Shown: piece by piece, positions 1 to 10,115 of the stretch
Layout: each line of letters starts with the position of its first letter
Numbering within the stretch: position 1 is the first letter of the stretch
From: an uncultured Gemmatimonadales bacterium
Lineage (GTDB): Bacteria; Gemmatimonadota; Gemmatimonadetes; Gemmatimonadales; GWC2-71-9
Assembly: GCA_963730185.1 (NCBI GenBank)
Contig: CAVSQW010000006.1
Location: 320,001 to 384,000, forward strand
Direction of reading: 5' to 3'
DNA length: 64,000 bases
Notes under the pieces: generated by a model
The model's input: the letters and a program-made list of their open reading frames with translations, nothing else
Databases searched by the model: none
What the model was told of the DNA's origin: nothing
Position numbers and translations under genes: made by a program

Positions 1-20
1 CATCCCGCACGAGGCCAAGC

Positions 21-2087
21 GTGAGTCACGAGATCGACTGGAAGCGAGTTTACACCCTGACCCTGGTGTCCCGGGCCCTCGACGACATCGAAGAGCACCG
101 TCTGGTCCCCGAGAAGAAGGTGGCCTACCAGTTCTCGGCCCGAGGTCATGACGTGGCCCAGATCATCCTGGGGTCGCTGCTTACCCACCAGCACGACGGG
201 GCCAGCGCCTACTACCGGTCCAGGCCACTCCTGCTCACGCTGGGGCTCGGGATCGGGGATGCGTTCGCCGGCCCGATGGGCAAGTCCGGCGGCTTCAGCG
301 ACGGGCGGGACATCGGCGTGGTCTGCAACCTCCCCAACGTGCCCGGCCCGGTAGTGCTGCCGATGGCCGGCGACGTGGGCTCCCAATACACCCCCTGCGC
401 CGGCTGGGCCCAGGCCATCACCTACCATCGCGACGTGCTCCAGGACGCCGCCTATCAGGGCGCCATCGGCTGCGTGCTCGGGGGCGAGGCGTCGGCTGCC
501 ACCAACGGCTTCTGGTCGTCGCTCACCATCGCGACCACGCTCGAGCTCCCGATGGTCTTCTACATCGAGGACAACGGCTACGGGATCTCGGTCCCGTCGC
601 TGCTCCAGACGCCGGGCGCCAACATCGCCGACAACCTGGCCTCCTTCAAGAACCTCCGGATCACGCAGGGCGACGGCACCGACCCTGCCCAGTCGGCCCA
701 GCTGCTCGGCGATGCGATCGCCCACGCCCGGGCCGGCAACGGTCCCGCGCTGGTCCGGCTCACCGTGCCCCGGCTGTCGGGGCACTCGGGACAGGACACC
801 CAGGCCTACAAGCCGCCCGAGCTGCTGAAGCGGGAGCAGGCCCAAGACCCCCTGCCCAAGCTTCGGGCCTTCCTGCTCGGCCAGGGACTGACCGACGCCG
901 ACCTGAACGCGATCGCCGACCAGGTCAATCGCGACATCGAGGCCGGACTGGCCGAGGCCCTCGGCCGTCCCGATCCCGACCCGAGCACGATCACCCGCTA
1001 TTGCTTCGCCGAGACCGCCGACGACGGAACACCCGACCTTCAGATCCGGGGTGGACTGGCGCCCGCCGGGCATCGGTTTCCGGCCTCCACCGAGACGCCG
1101 CATCCTGATGGGCCCCGCATCAACCTCCTCACCGCCGTTCGCAAGACCCTCGAGCACGAGCTGGCCACCAACCCCAAGCTCCTGGTGTTCGGCGAGGACG
1201 TGGGCCCCAAAGGCGGCGTCCACGCGGCGACGCTCGGCCTCCAGGAGGCCTTCGGCGACCGGCGAGTGTTCGATACCAGCCTGTCCGAGGAGGGTATCAT
1301 CGGCCGCTCGGTCGGCATGGCGCTCGCGGGTCTGATGCCGGTCCCCGAGATCCAGTTCCGGAAGTACGCCGACCCCGCCACCGAGCAGCTCAACAACTGC
1401 GGCACCATCCGCTGGCGGACTCACAACCGCTGGGCGGCCCCGATCGTGGTCCGGCTCCCGGGTGGGTACGCACCTAAGTGCGGCGACCCGTGGCACAGCG
1501 TCTCGGGCGAGGTGACGTGGGCCCACGCGACCGGCTGGCAGGTGGCCTACCCGTCGAACGCCGAAGACGCCGTGGGTCTTCTCCGCGCCGCGCTCCGCGA
1601 CAACAACCCGACCATCTTCTTCGAGCACCGCGCCCTGCTGGACGGCGCCTGGGCCCGCCGGCCGTATCCCGGTGACGACTACGTCGTTCCGTTCGGGCGG
1701 GCGCGGACCATCGTCGAGGGTGACCGGCTGACCTGCGTCACCTGGGGGGCCATGACCGAACGGTGCGAGGCCGCGGCCAAGCAGAGCGGCTACCCGGTTC
1801 ACCTGCTCGATCTCCGGACCATCGCCCCCTGGGACCGCGAGGCGGTGCTCGGCTCGGTCAAGGCGACCCGCCGGTGCCTGGTCGTCCACGAGGACACCAT
1901 CACCGCCGGCTTCGGCGCCGAGATCGCGGCGACCATCGCCCAGGAAGCGTTTCTGTCGCTGGACGCGCCGGTCAGCCGGATGGCGATCCCGGACGTGCCC
2001 ACCCCCTACAACGTGGGCCTGATGAACGCCGTCCTACCTCAGGTCGACGACATCACCGCCCGGATGGTGGATCTCATCGAGTTCTAA
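21..2087 (+). CDS. Fused 2-oxoacid dehydrogenase E1 alpha/beta (TPP-dependent, branched-chain type)
   Basis: 688 aa. Alpha part has YYRSR, a TPP motif variant GGEAS...IEDN and RLSGHS. Beta part has FGEDVGPKGGV, DTSLSE, EIQF, HS, HED. Confidence 0.9.
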   Translation: MSHEIDWKRVYTLTLVSRALDDIEEHRLVPEKKVAYQFSARGHDVAQIILGSLLTHQHDGASAYYRSRPLLLTLGLGIGDAFAGPMGKSGGFSDGRDIGVVCNLPNVPGPVVLPMAGDVGSQYTPCAGWAQAITYHRDVLQDAAYQGAIGCVLGGEASAATNGFWSSLTIATTLELPMVFYIEDNGYGISVPSLLQTPGANIADNLASFKNLRITQGDGTDPAQSAQLLGDAIAHARAGNGPALVRLTVPRLSGHSGQDTQAYKPPELLKREQAQDPLPKLRAFLLGQGLTDADLNAIADQVNRDIEAGLAEALGRPDPDPSTITRYCFAETADDGTPDLQIRGGLAPAGHRFPASTETPHPDGPRINLLTAVRKTLEHELATNPKLLVFGEDVGPKGGVHAATLGLQEAFGDRRVFDTSLSEEGIIGRSVGMALAGLMPVPEIQFRKYADPATEQLNNCGTIRWRTHNRWAAPIVVRLPGGYAPKCGDPWHSVSGEVTWAHATGWQVAYPSNAEDAVGLLRAALRDNNPTIFFEHRALLDGAWARRPYPGDDYVVPFGRARTIVEGDRLTCVTWGAMTERCEAAAKQSGYPVHLLDLRTIAPWDREAVLGSVKATRRCLVVHEDTITAGFGAEIAATIAQEAFLSLDAPVSRMAIPDVPTPYNVGLMNAVLPQVDDITARMVDLIEF

Positions 2088-2133
2088 CCGGCGGGGGGCT
2101 TGCTGGCGGGGGCCGGGCCCCCGACCTTCGGAT

Positions 2134-3240
2134 ATGTCTCCGACCCGGGGCCGGGCCCGAACCCGGTGGTGGTCCGGCGCCGCGACGACCCTCCTCCTCG
2201 CCGCGTGTCTCGACGGGCCGACCGCTCCGTCGGCGCCGGAGGACCTGTCGGGGCCCTGGCCGACCGCGTCGCCGGCCTCGCAGTCGATCGACCCGGACCT
2301 CCTCAATCGGGCGGTGGACCACGCCGCGACCCTTTCCCGGCTCCGGAGCCTCGTGGTGATTCGCCACGGGTTCCTGGTGTTGGACCGGTACTTCAACGGC
2401 AGCCGGGCCGACCAGCTCGACGACGTCCGATCGGTCACCAAGACCGTCGTGTCGACGCTGGTCGGCATCGCGATCGGGCGGGGCGAGCTGCCAGGTGTCG
2501 ACGCGCCCATCAGCGACTATCTCGACCCCGGACATCTCGCCGGCCTGGACCCGACCAAGCAAGCCATCACCGTCGGCCAGCTCCTCAGGATGTCGTCGGG
2601 GTTCCAATGGGACGAGTCCACCACCGCCGGCTACAACGCGTGGGTCGCGGCGCCGGATCCGATCCAGTATCTCCTGGACCAGCCCCTGATCGCGACGCCG
2701 GGCACCACCTTCCGCTACAACACCGCCGGCATCGACCTCGTGAGCTACCTCCTGACCCGGGTCACCGGCGTCCCGCTACCGCAATACGCCGCCGACCACC
2801 TCTTCGGGCCCCTGGGCATCACGGACGTCGCCTGGGAGCTCTTCGCGGACGGACGCGCCAACGGCGGGTCGGGCATCGACCTTCGGCCCCTCGACCTCGC
2901 CAAGCTGGGTGAGCTCTTTCTTCGCCAGGGGGCGACCAGCGCCGGACCCGTCGTGCCCCCGGACTGGGTGGCGACCGCCACCGCCCCCCACTACCCCTTC
3001 TGGTCCTCCTCGCCCCCGCTGGGCCGCCAGAGCTACGGCTTCGGCTGGTGGGTCAATCAGAGCGGCGGCCGCACCGACTACTTCGCCTGGGGCTACGGTG
3101 GCCAGTTCGTCTGGGTCTCGCCCGACCTCGATCTGGTCGTCGTCGTGACCGACAGCTGGCAGGGCGACCCCGATCCCGGCCTCCGCGAGGTCAATGGGCT
3201 CGGCCTGATCCTCGATTGGGTCGTCCCGGCGGTTCATTAG
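2134..3240 (+). CDS. Serine hydrolase, beta-lactamase class C family, probable lipoprotein
   Basis: SVTK (SxxK), FRYNT, AWGYGGQ; lipobox-like LLAAC. Confidence 0.85.
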   Translation: MSPTRGRARTRWWSGAATTLLLAACLDGPTAPSAPEDLSGPWPTASPASQSIDPDLLNRAVDHAATLSRLRSLVVIRHGFLVLDRYFNGSRADQLDDVRSVTKTVVSTLVGIAIGRGELPGVDAPISDYLDPGHLAGLDPTKQAITVGQLLRMSSGFQWDESTTAGYNAWVAAPDPIQYLLDQPLIATPGTTFRYNTAGIDLVSYLLTRVTGVPLPQYAADHLFGPLGITDVAWELFADGRANGGSGIDLRPLDLAKLGELFLRQGATSAGPVVPPDWVATATAPHYPFWSSSPPLGRQSYGFGWWVNQSGGRTDYFAWGYGGQFVWVSPDLDLVVVVTDSWQGDPDPGLREVNGLGLILDWVVPAVH

Positions 3241-3740
3241 CCCTCACGGCCGGGTCTCGGGCCCCGCCGTCCCGCCAGCGCCCCATCAGCCCCCACCCAC
3301 CGAAGACATCAGCCACCGCCACGATCAGCTCGTTCTCGCCGGCTCGAAGGGGGAGATACACCGTGGCCTGGTCGAGCCCGATCAGGCCGTCCCGCCGCGG
3401 CTGGTCGAAGCTGTATCCGGCCCGGGCCGAGAGGATCGGGCGGCCGTTCAGAAGCACCGTGGCGTCGTCACTGAGGCCGAGATCGAGAGCCCGGACCTGG
3501 TCGCCCGGTACGTGCAGCCGGAGCCGGGCCAGCACCGCGGACCGCCGCGCCCCGTCGGGGGGGGCCAGATATCGGTCCAGCACCACCAGCGACGACGGCT
3601 CGGCGGCCACGGTCTGCCAAGGGCCGGTCAGGATCGACGCGGGTAGCCGATCGACCACGCCGGTATCGAGCGGAAACGGCCGGAAGAGCTCCCAGCGGGT
3701 GACCGCACCCGGCGGGGCGGGCTCCTTCACCGGGTAACCC
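3241..3740 (-). pseudogene. C-terminal fragment of a hypothetical protein
   Basis: Protein-like segment DLGLSDDATVLLNG...LPLRAGENEL...FGGWG in ORF 3191..3778. No credible N-terminus, and the ORF end overlaps the opposite-strand gene. Confidence 0.45.
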
Positions 3741-4103
3741 GCAAGTTCTAATGGTACTTTTCGATGATGCCACGGCACCCCGAGACGACCGGCCGGCCAC
3801 CGATCCGGCGGATCGAGTTCGCCCGCCGCAGTACGGTCCCGAGCTGCTGGTCACCGCCGGCGAGGGTGAGCTCTGGCTCGACGACGGCCGGATCACGGTC
3901 GAGCCGGGAAGGGCGCCCAACCGGCACCGGCGCTCCGGATCGACCCCGACGAGGTCCGCCGCTTGATTCGTCGGGAGGTGGGGGAGACGCCCGACCGCTT
4001 CCGTCGCACCCTGTGACTCCGCTGGCGGACCGGCCCAGGACGTTCTACCATGGAAGGAGACACCGTCGCCGGTCCAACCCGTCAACGAAACCCGGAGGAG
4101 CCC

Positions 4104-5066
4104 ATGCAGACCCGCCGCATGCTCGCTTGGTCGTCCGTTCTCGCCGCCGGCATCGCCCTCTCCGCCTGCTCCGACGCGCTCGAGCCGCCTCGGACCCAGG
4201 ACCCGTCGGCCCCGGTGCTCTCCGTCGGGGGAACGGGATCGGCGGCCGCCTCGATCCTCGACCTGATGGACCATATCAACACGGGACTCGAGCTCCAGGG
4301 TGCCGACTACCGGGTCGAGATGGCCGAGTACCTGACCTCGCCGGCGGGTGGCGACGAGGCCGGCGCCACCCTGCTGGCTCGCGATCTGGGCAACAAGCGC
4401 CTCTCGGCCGACTTCGTGCCCTTCGATCCGCGCCGGACCTGGAGCGGCTCGGCCACGGGCTCCGACGACATCACCTACGCGATCGACCAGACCGGTGACG
4501 CCGTGCCGCCCTTCGGCGGCGCGACGGCCGCCGCCACGACCGCCGCGATCCAAGCCGCGATGGGCACCTGGAGCGGCGTCCCCTGCTCCAATCTGGCAAT
4601 CGACCAGGTCGCCGACTTCGGCCTCGATCTCGGCGTGGTGGCGTATCTCAACGGCCTGGGCGGGAGCCCCTTCGTGGTCGCCGACGTGATGCACGCCGGA
4701 TGGCGTGACATCGATTTCGCCGGCGGGGTCCTGGGCGTGACCTTCACCTTCGTCTTCACCTCGGGCAGCGTGCCGACCGACATCGACGCCAACGGCCGGG
4801 ACGACGTCGCCTTCCGCGAGATCTATTACGACCCCAGCTGGCTCTGGCAGGTCGGGAGCGACATCGACGTCGAGACGGTCGCCCTCCACGAATCCGGCCA
4901 CGGCCTGAGCCAGGCGCACTTCGGCAACATCTTCGCCAAGAAGGGCGTGCTCACCGCCTCGCCGCGCGCGGTGATGAACGCCATCTACGGCGGCGTTCTC
5001 CACGACCTCACCGGGACCGATCGCGGAGGTCACTGCGGCAACTGGGCCAACTGGCCGGGCCGCTGA
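4104..5066 (+). CDS. Lipoprotein with metzincin/matrixin-like zinc metalloprotease domain
   Basis: GGAGG RBS at 4094-4098; lipobox LSAC; HESGHGLSQAH (HExxHxxG/SxxH) followed by Met-turn-like AVMNA. Confidence 0.7.
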   Translation: MQTRRMLAWSSVLAAGIALSACSDALEPPRTQDPSAPVLSVGGTGSAAASILDLMDHINTGLELQGADYRVEMAEYLTSPAGGDEAGATLLARDLGNKRLSADFVPFDPRRTWSGSATGSDDITYAIDQTGDAVPPFGGATAAATTAAIQAAMGTWSGVPCSNLAIDQVADFGLDLGVVAYLNGLGGSPFVVADVMHAGWRDIDFAGGVLGVTFTFVFTSGSVPTDIDANGRDDVAFREIYYDPSWLWQVGSDIDVETVALHESGHGLSQAHFGNIFAKKGVLTASPRAVMNAIYGGVLHDLTGTDRGGHCGNWANWPGR

Positions 5067-5109
5067 ACCAGCGTGGCGGAGGGCGGGTCGGCCCCGCTAC
5101 ACTCCGTCC

Positions 5110-6300
5110 ATGCGATACTCGTCTCTCACCTCCCGCATCGCGGGAGAAGGCTCCGATGCGTGGGAAGTCCATGACCTCGCCGTGGCCCGACAGGGCCGCG
5201 GCGAGGACATCTTCCTGCTCTCCATCGGCGATCCCGATTTCGACACCCCCGCCTCGATCCGCCAGGCGGCGGTCGACGCTCTGAATCGCGGCCGGACTCA
5301 CTACGCCCCGATCGGGGGTGAGCCGGCCCTGCTCCAGGCGATCGCCGGCGAAGCGGCCACGCAGCTGGGGCGGCCGGTCGAGCCCGCCCAGGTGACCGTC
5401 TACCCCGGGGCCCAGGCCGCGCTGTTCGCGGTGGCGCAGTGCCTGTTCGACGTGGGTGACGAGGTGATCGTGGTCGAGCCCACCTACGTCACCTACGAAG
5501 CCGTTCTCGGGGCGCCTGGTGCCCGGATGGTGCAGCTGTCGCTCCGGCCCGAGCAGGGATTCCATCTCGATCTCGACCAGTTGGCGAGCGCCATCACCCC
5601 GAAGACCAGGGGCCTGCTCCTCAACTTCCCGCACAATCCCACCGGCGCCTGCCTGTCGCCGGAGGCGGCGAGCACGGTCGCGGCGCTCTGCCGGAAGCAC
5701 GATCTCTGGTTGGTGTCCGACGAAGTCTACGGCAAGCTCACTTTCGCCCGACCTCACGTGAGCCCGGCCGCCGAGCCGGGCATGGCCGAGCGGTCGGTGG
5801 TGATCTCGAGCCTGTCGAAGTCGCACGCGATGACGGGCTGGCGCTGCGGCTGGTCGGTCACCCCGCTGCCGCTCGCCCGGCATCTCGCCAATCTGGCGCG
5901 GGCCATGTATTTCGGCGTGGCCCAGTTCGTTCAGGACGCCGCCGCGACCGCGGTGACCTCGTCGGGCGAGGACCTTCGGGCCATCCGGGCGTCCTACCGG
6001 CGGCGAGCCAAGGTGGTGGTCGAAGCTCTGGCTGGGGCGCCGGGCATCGTGGCCCGGATGCCGGAAGGCGGGATGTACGTGTTCGTGGACGTCCGGGGCA
6101 CCGGGATGGACGGCAAGCAATTCGCCCGGGCGTTGCTCGACGCCGAGGCCGTGGCGGTCACCCCGGGCGAGGGGTTCGGGCCGAGCGGGGCCGGGCACGT
6201 CCGACTGACGCTCGGCACCGACGAGACCCGGCTGGCCGAGGCCTGCGCCCGCATCGCGCGGTTCGCGGGCGAGCGCAGTCCTGCGGCCGAGGTTAGCTAG
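5110..6300 (+). CDS. PLP-dependent class I/II aminotransferase, AruH (arginine:pyruvate transaminase)-like
   Basis: N-terminus MRYSSLTSRIAGEG..AW resembles AruH; GDPDFDTP, PHNPTG, SDEVY, SLSKSHAMTGWR (PLP Lys). Confidence 0.85.
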   Translation: MRYSSLTSRIAGEGSDAWEVHDLAVARQGRGEDIFLLSIGDPDFDTPASIRQAAVDALNRGRTHYAPIGGEPALLQAIAGEAATQLGRPVEPAQVTVYPGAQAALFAVAQCLFDVGDEVIVVEPTYVTYEAVLGAPGARMVQLSLRPEQGFHLDLDQLASAITPKTRGLLLNFPHNPTGACLSPEAASTVAALCRKHDLWLVSDEVYGKLTFARPHVSPAAEPGMAERSVVISSLSKSHAMTGWRCGWSVTPLPLARHLANLARAMYFGVAQFVQDAAATAVTSSGEDLRAIRASYRRRAKVVVEALAGAPGIVARMPEGGMYVFVDVRGTGMDGKQFARALLDAEAVAVTPGEGFGPSGAGHVRLTLGTDETRLAEACARIARFAGERSPAAEVS

Positions 6301-6307
6301 GCGGGCC

Positions 6308-7084
6308 TCAGGCCGGCTTCGCTGAGTGGACCGCGAAGACGGCCCCCTGCGGGTCCGTCCCGATCGCGATCCGGTCGCCGCCCGGCACCTCCATCGGCTC
6401 GATCATCAGCGTGCCCCCGTTGGCCTTGGCGCGGGCCGCCGACTCGTCGGCGCTCGCCACCTTGGCGTAGGGCTGCCAGTTGGGCCTCGGGGCCTGATCG
6501 GGCTTCCGCATGATCCCGCCCATCTGAACGCCCTTGAGGCCGAACAGGGTGTACATCCCCATCGCCCCCATGTCGAACTCCCCCATCTTCTCCCAACCGA
6601 AGAGGTCGGCGTAGAACTCGAACGCCTGCACCGGATCGGGGGCCGTCAGCTCGTGCCAGGAGAACTCCCCGACCGCCGGCACCCCGTCGGGGCCCGGTGG
6701 ATCGCCCTCCGCCGTGAAGGCACAGAACGTCGCCCCACCGGGATCGGCCACGACGGCAAACCGCCCGACCGTGGGGATCTGTTCCGGTCCCTTGAGTACC
6801 TTGCCGCCCCGGGCCTTCGCATCCTTGCAGGTGGCGTCGAGGTCCGGCGTGCCGATGTAGCTGAGCCAGTGCGGAGGCATCCCGGCCGCCTTGACCTCGG
6901 CGGGCAGCGCCAGGCAGCCGCCGACCGGGACCTCGCCGTTCATCCAGATGGTGTACGACCCGTCCGGCCCCCAGGGCTGGGTGCCCCAACCGACCACCTT
7001 GGTGTAGAACTGCTGGGCTCCGGCGGGATCGGAGGTCATGCACTCGTGCCAGACGAACTGGCCCCGCGGCGTGGGCTTCGCCAT
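6308..7084 (-). CDS. VOC/glyoxalase family protein with two domains
   Basis: Duplicated FVWHE/FSWHEL and DPGGA/DPQGAVF motifs; start placed at MAKPTPRG. Confidence 0.85.
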   Translation of the reverse strand: MAKPTPRGQFVWHECMTSDPAGAQQFYTKVVGWGTQPWGPDGSYTIWMNGEVPVGGCLALPAEVKAAGMPPHWLSYIGTPDLDATCKDAKARGGKVLKGPEQIPTVGRFAVVADPGGATFCAFTAEGDPPGPDGVPAVGEFSWHELTAPDPVQAFEFYADLFGWEKMGEFDMGAMGMYTLFGLKGVQMGGIMRKPDQAPRPNWQPYAKVASADESAARAKANGGTLMIEPMEVPGGDRIAIGTDPQGAVFAVHSAKPA

Positions 7085-7310
7085 CTCGACTTCTCCTGAC
7101 CAGTGAGGTTCCCCCGATGGGACCGGAACGGGGTCCGGCCCCGAGAATCGACCGCAAGCGTCTCTCCCTACGACCCACCTTTCGGTGGTGTTTCGGGGTA
7201 CCGAACCCATACAATCTCGCCCGGTCGATCCTTTAGCCACCCCCGCGCGGGTGTTAGAATGCGGTCACGATTTCACTTCGAACCGACCGACCCCGCGCAC
7301 CGGAACCCCG

Positions 7311-8513
7311 ATGGCAACCCTGACCGATATCGTGCTCCCGGCCGACCAGACCGAAGGGACCACCAACCTGGTGGGGACCTGGTTCAAGCAGGTCGGCGAC
7401 GAAGTGGCCGTGAACGACCCCCTGCTGGAGATCACGACCGACAAAGTCACGGTCGAGATCGCGGCCCCCGCGGCAGGTGTGCTGGTCGAGGTCCTGAAGG
7501 CGGAGGGTGAGGAGGTCACTCCCGGCGACGTCCTGGGTCGGATCGGGCCGGCCGGATCGGCGCCGGCGGCGACGTCGGCCGGCGCCCCATCGGCAGGCGC
7601 GACCAGCGGGCGGACCGCCGAGTTCGCCCGGCCGGCCGCCCCACCGGCGGGCGAGGTGACCGAGTTGAGCCCGGCCGTCCGCCGATTGCTCAAGCAGCAC
7701 GACCTCGATCCGGCCGCGGTTTCCGGCACGGGGCGGGGCGGACGGATCACCGTCGAGGACGTCGAGCAGGCGGTGGCGGAGCGGGCCGGGGCTCCGCCGC
7801 CCGCGTCGGAGCCCAAAGCCGGCCAGCCGGCCGGCCGGCGGGTGCCCCATTCCCAGATGCGGAAGTCGGTCGCGGCGCACATGGCCAAGAGCATGGCGAC
7901 CGCGCCCCACGTCACCTCGGTCTTCGAGGCCGACCTGACCGCGATCCTGGCCCACCGCGCGGCCCACAAGGCCGGGGCGGAGAGCCGGGGATCCAAACTC
8001 ACCCTCACCGCCTACTTCGTCCGCGCCACCGTCCTGGCGCTCCAGAGCGTTCCCGAGGTGAACAGCCGCTGGCACGACGACGCCCTCGAGCTGTTCGACG
8101 ACTGTAACATCGGGGTCGGCACCGCTCTGGAGGCCGGCGGGCTCATCGTGCCGGTCGTCCATCGAGCCCAAACGCTCGACCTCGATCAGACGGCCGACCG
8201 GCTCCACGACCTCACCACCCGGGCCCGGGCTGGCTCGCTCGCCCCCGCCGACGTCCAGGGTGGCACCTTCTCGATCTCCAACCACGGGGTGAGCGGGAGC
8301 CTGGTGGCGGCCCCGATCATCATCAACCAGCCCCAGTCGGCCATCCTCGGCACCGGCAAGCTCGAGCAACGCCCCGTGGTCGACGCGACCGGCCAGATCG
8401 TCGCCCGGCCGATGATCTACGTCACCCTGACCATCGACCACCGCGTGCTCGACGGATTCCAGGCCAACGCATTCCTGACCCGGTGGGTCGAGGTTATCGA
8501 GCGCTGGTCCTGA
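7311..8513 (+). CDS. 2-oxoacid dehydrogenase E2 (dihydrolipoamide acyltransferase)
   Basis: Lipoyl motif EITTDKVTVE; E3-binding SPAVRRL...GTGRGGRIT; catalytic DHRVLDG. Confidence 0.92.
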   Translation: MATLTDIVLPADQTEGTTNLVGTWFKQVGDEVAVNDPLLEITTDKVTVEIAAPAAGVLVEVLKAEGEEVTPGDVLGRIGPAGSAPAATSAGAPSAGATSGRTAEFARPAAPPAGEVTELSPAVRRLLKQHDLDPAAVSGTGRGGRITVEDVEQAVAERAGAPPPASEPKAGQPAGRRVPHSQMRKSVAAHMAKSMATAPHVTSVFEADLTAILAHRAAHKAGAESRGSKLTLTAYFVRATVLALQSVPEVNSRWHDDALELFDDCNIGVGTALEAGGLIVPVVHRAQTLDLDQTADRLHDLTTRARAGSLAPADVQGGTFSISNHGVSGSLVAAPIIINQPQSAILGTGKLEQRPVVDATGQIVARPMIYVTLTIDHRVLDGFQANAFLTRWVEVIERWS

Positions 8514-8701
8514 GCCCAGCGCCCGAATGACATCCACCGCTCACTGGACCTTCACTCCGCTTTAACCGACCCCTGGCGAGATTGGGACCGCAATGCCTCC
8601 AAGGGGGCTCGGCCCGCCCGCTCGCGGCCGCCCGGACCGACGACAAAGCCCCGCCCAGGCAGGTTCTGCCTGCCAAGCGTGCCGCGAACCGGGAGGGTCG
8701 T

Positions 8702-9535
8702 ATGCAAAGGACCATGTCCGTGGTCGCGGCCGCATTGGTGTCGGCAGCTGCGCTGGCTTGCGAGACACCGACCGCCACGCCAACGAGCCCCGAAACCGAC
8801 GTCGCTGCCGCTCCCATGGCCCCTGATGTCGGCCCGAAGTACGAGGAGTTCACCGTCTGCAAGTTCGGTTCTGGCGGCGACTTCGTCTACACCATCGCCA
8901 ATCGCAACACCGAAGCCACCACGACCGGCACCATCGAGATGGCCCAGGGAACCTGCCGGACCGTCGCCGTGGTCGACCGTCTCGGTGCCGAAGTCACCAT
9001 CTGGGAGAAATTCGTATTCCCGGAGGCGGGGTATCGGCTCGACAAGGTCGTCGTCACCCGGATGACCAGGGTCGAAGGGCAGGACCAGCTGGTCACGACC
9101 GTCGAGCCCGGCCCGAGCGTCACCGGGTTCATCGCCGGCGGCGCCAGCGGGCAGCTCCGGGGCGTCCTGGCGGTGTTCTACAACGTGAAGGGTGGACAGG
9201 GCTGCGGCCCGGAATTCTGGAGTGGTCACCGTGATCTCTGGCCCGCACCGTATCGGCCCGACCAGCTCTTCGTGACGTACTTCGTGAACGCCTTCCCGGG
9301 GAAGACGCTCTACCAGGTACTGACGACGCCGGGCGGCGGGATGAAGGCGTTCGGGCGGCAGGCCGTGGCCGCGCTGCTCAACGCGGCGTCGCCCAAGGTG
9401 AGCTACGATCTGACGGTGGCCCAGGTGAAGGCCACGTTCCGCGACGGATACCGGAGCGAGCACTACGCCGGCGACTATCAGCGCCTGCTCAAGTTCAACA
9501 CGCAGGGCTGCCCGCTCGTGCCGCCCGCCAACTGA
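8702..9535 (+). CDS. Hypothetical lipoprotein
   Basis: GGAGG upstream; lipobox ALAC; C-terminal GQGCGPEFW...AVAALLNAA segment. Confidence 0.6.
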   Translation: MQRTMSVVAAALVSAAALACETPTATPTSPETDVAAAPMAPDVGPKYEEFTVCKFGSGGDFVYTIANRNTEATTTGTIEMAQGTCRTVAVVDRLGAEVTIWEKFVFPEAGYRLDKVVVTRMTRVEGQDQLVTTVEPGPSVTGFIAGGASGQLRGVLAVFYNVKGGQGCGPEFWSGHRDLWPAPYRPDQLFVTYFVNAFPGKTLYQVLTTPGGGMKAFGRQAVAALLNAASPKVSYDLTVAQVKATFRDGYRSEHYAGDYQRLLKFNTQGCPLVPPAN

Positions 9536-9542
9536 AGGCGCA

Positions 9543-9575
9543 GAGGTCCGGGACCGCGGTCGGGTCCCGGACCTC
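9543..9575. terminator. Perfect 13-bp hairpin between convergent genes, possible bidirectional terminator
   Basis: GAGGTCCGGGACC-N7-GGTCCCGGACCTC; no U-tract. Confidence 0.5.
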
Positions 9576-9602
9576 GGCCCCACCGACACCGCGCCACCCG
9601 GC

Positions 9603-10115
9603 TCAGATGCTCTTGAAGTGCTCGAAGGGCTGGTGACAGCTCAGGCAGGCGTGGATCGACTTGCAGGCGGTGGAGCCGAACTCGCTCTCGAGGCGGGTCT
9701 GCTTCGACCCGCAGTAAGGACAGGCGACCGAGCGGGCCGGCCCCATCAAGGGGACCAGCTCCTGCGACGCGCCCCCGGTGGGACCGGGCGGCGCGATGCC
9801 GTAGACCCGGAGCTTCTCCCGCGCCTCCGCCGACATCCAGTCGGTGGTCCACGGCGGGTTGAAGACGGTGCGCACCGTGACCTCGGCCACCCCGTGGCGC
9901 TGGAGCGCGGCCTCGATCTCGGTCTCGATCAGCCGCATGGCCGGACAGCCCGAATAGGTCGGGGTAATGTCGACCGTGACCCGGTCTCCCACGATCGTGG
10001 CGCCGCGCACCACGCCCAGCTCGACCACGTCGATCACCGGCACTTCGGGGTCCTTCACCTCGTGCAGGATCTCGATCACGTCCGCCGGCGTGGCGGGCAG
10101 GGTGCCGCGGGTCAC
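9603..10115 (-). CDS. paaD: 1,2-phenylacetyl-CoA epoxidase subunit D
   Basis: DPEVPVI, TPTYSGCPAM, PWTTDW, CPYCGS, FGSTACK, CLSCHQPFEHFK; GTG start overlaps paaC stop (GTGA). Confidence 0.92.
   Translation of the reverse strand: MTRGTLPATPADVIEILHEVKDPEVPVIDVVELGVVRGATIVGDRVTVDITPTYSGCPAMRLIETEIEAALQRHGVAEVTVRTVFNPPWTTDWMSAEAREKLRVYGIAPPGPTGGASQELVPLMGPARSVACPYCGSKQTRLESEFGSTACKSIHACLSCHQPFEHFKSI

Noticed and set aside
3751..3966. Small ORF containing GELWLDDGRITV
   Set aside because: Possibly a gene scrap, but too short and degenerate to assign.
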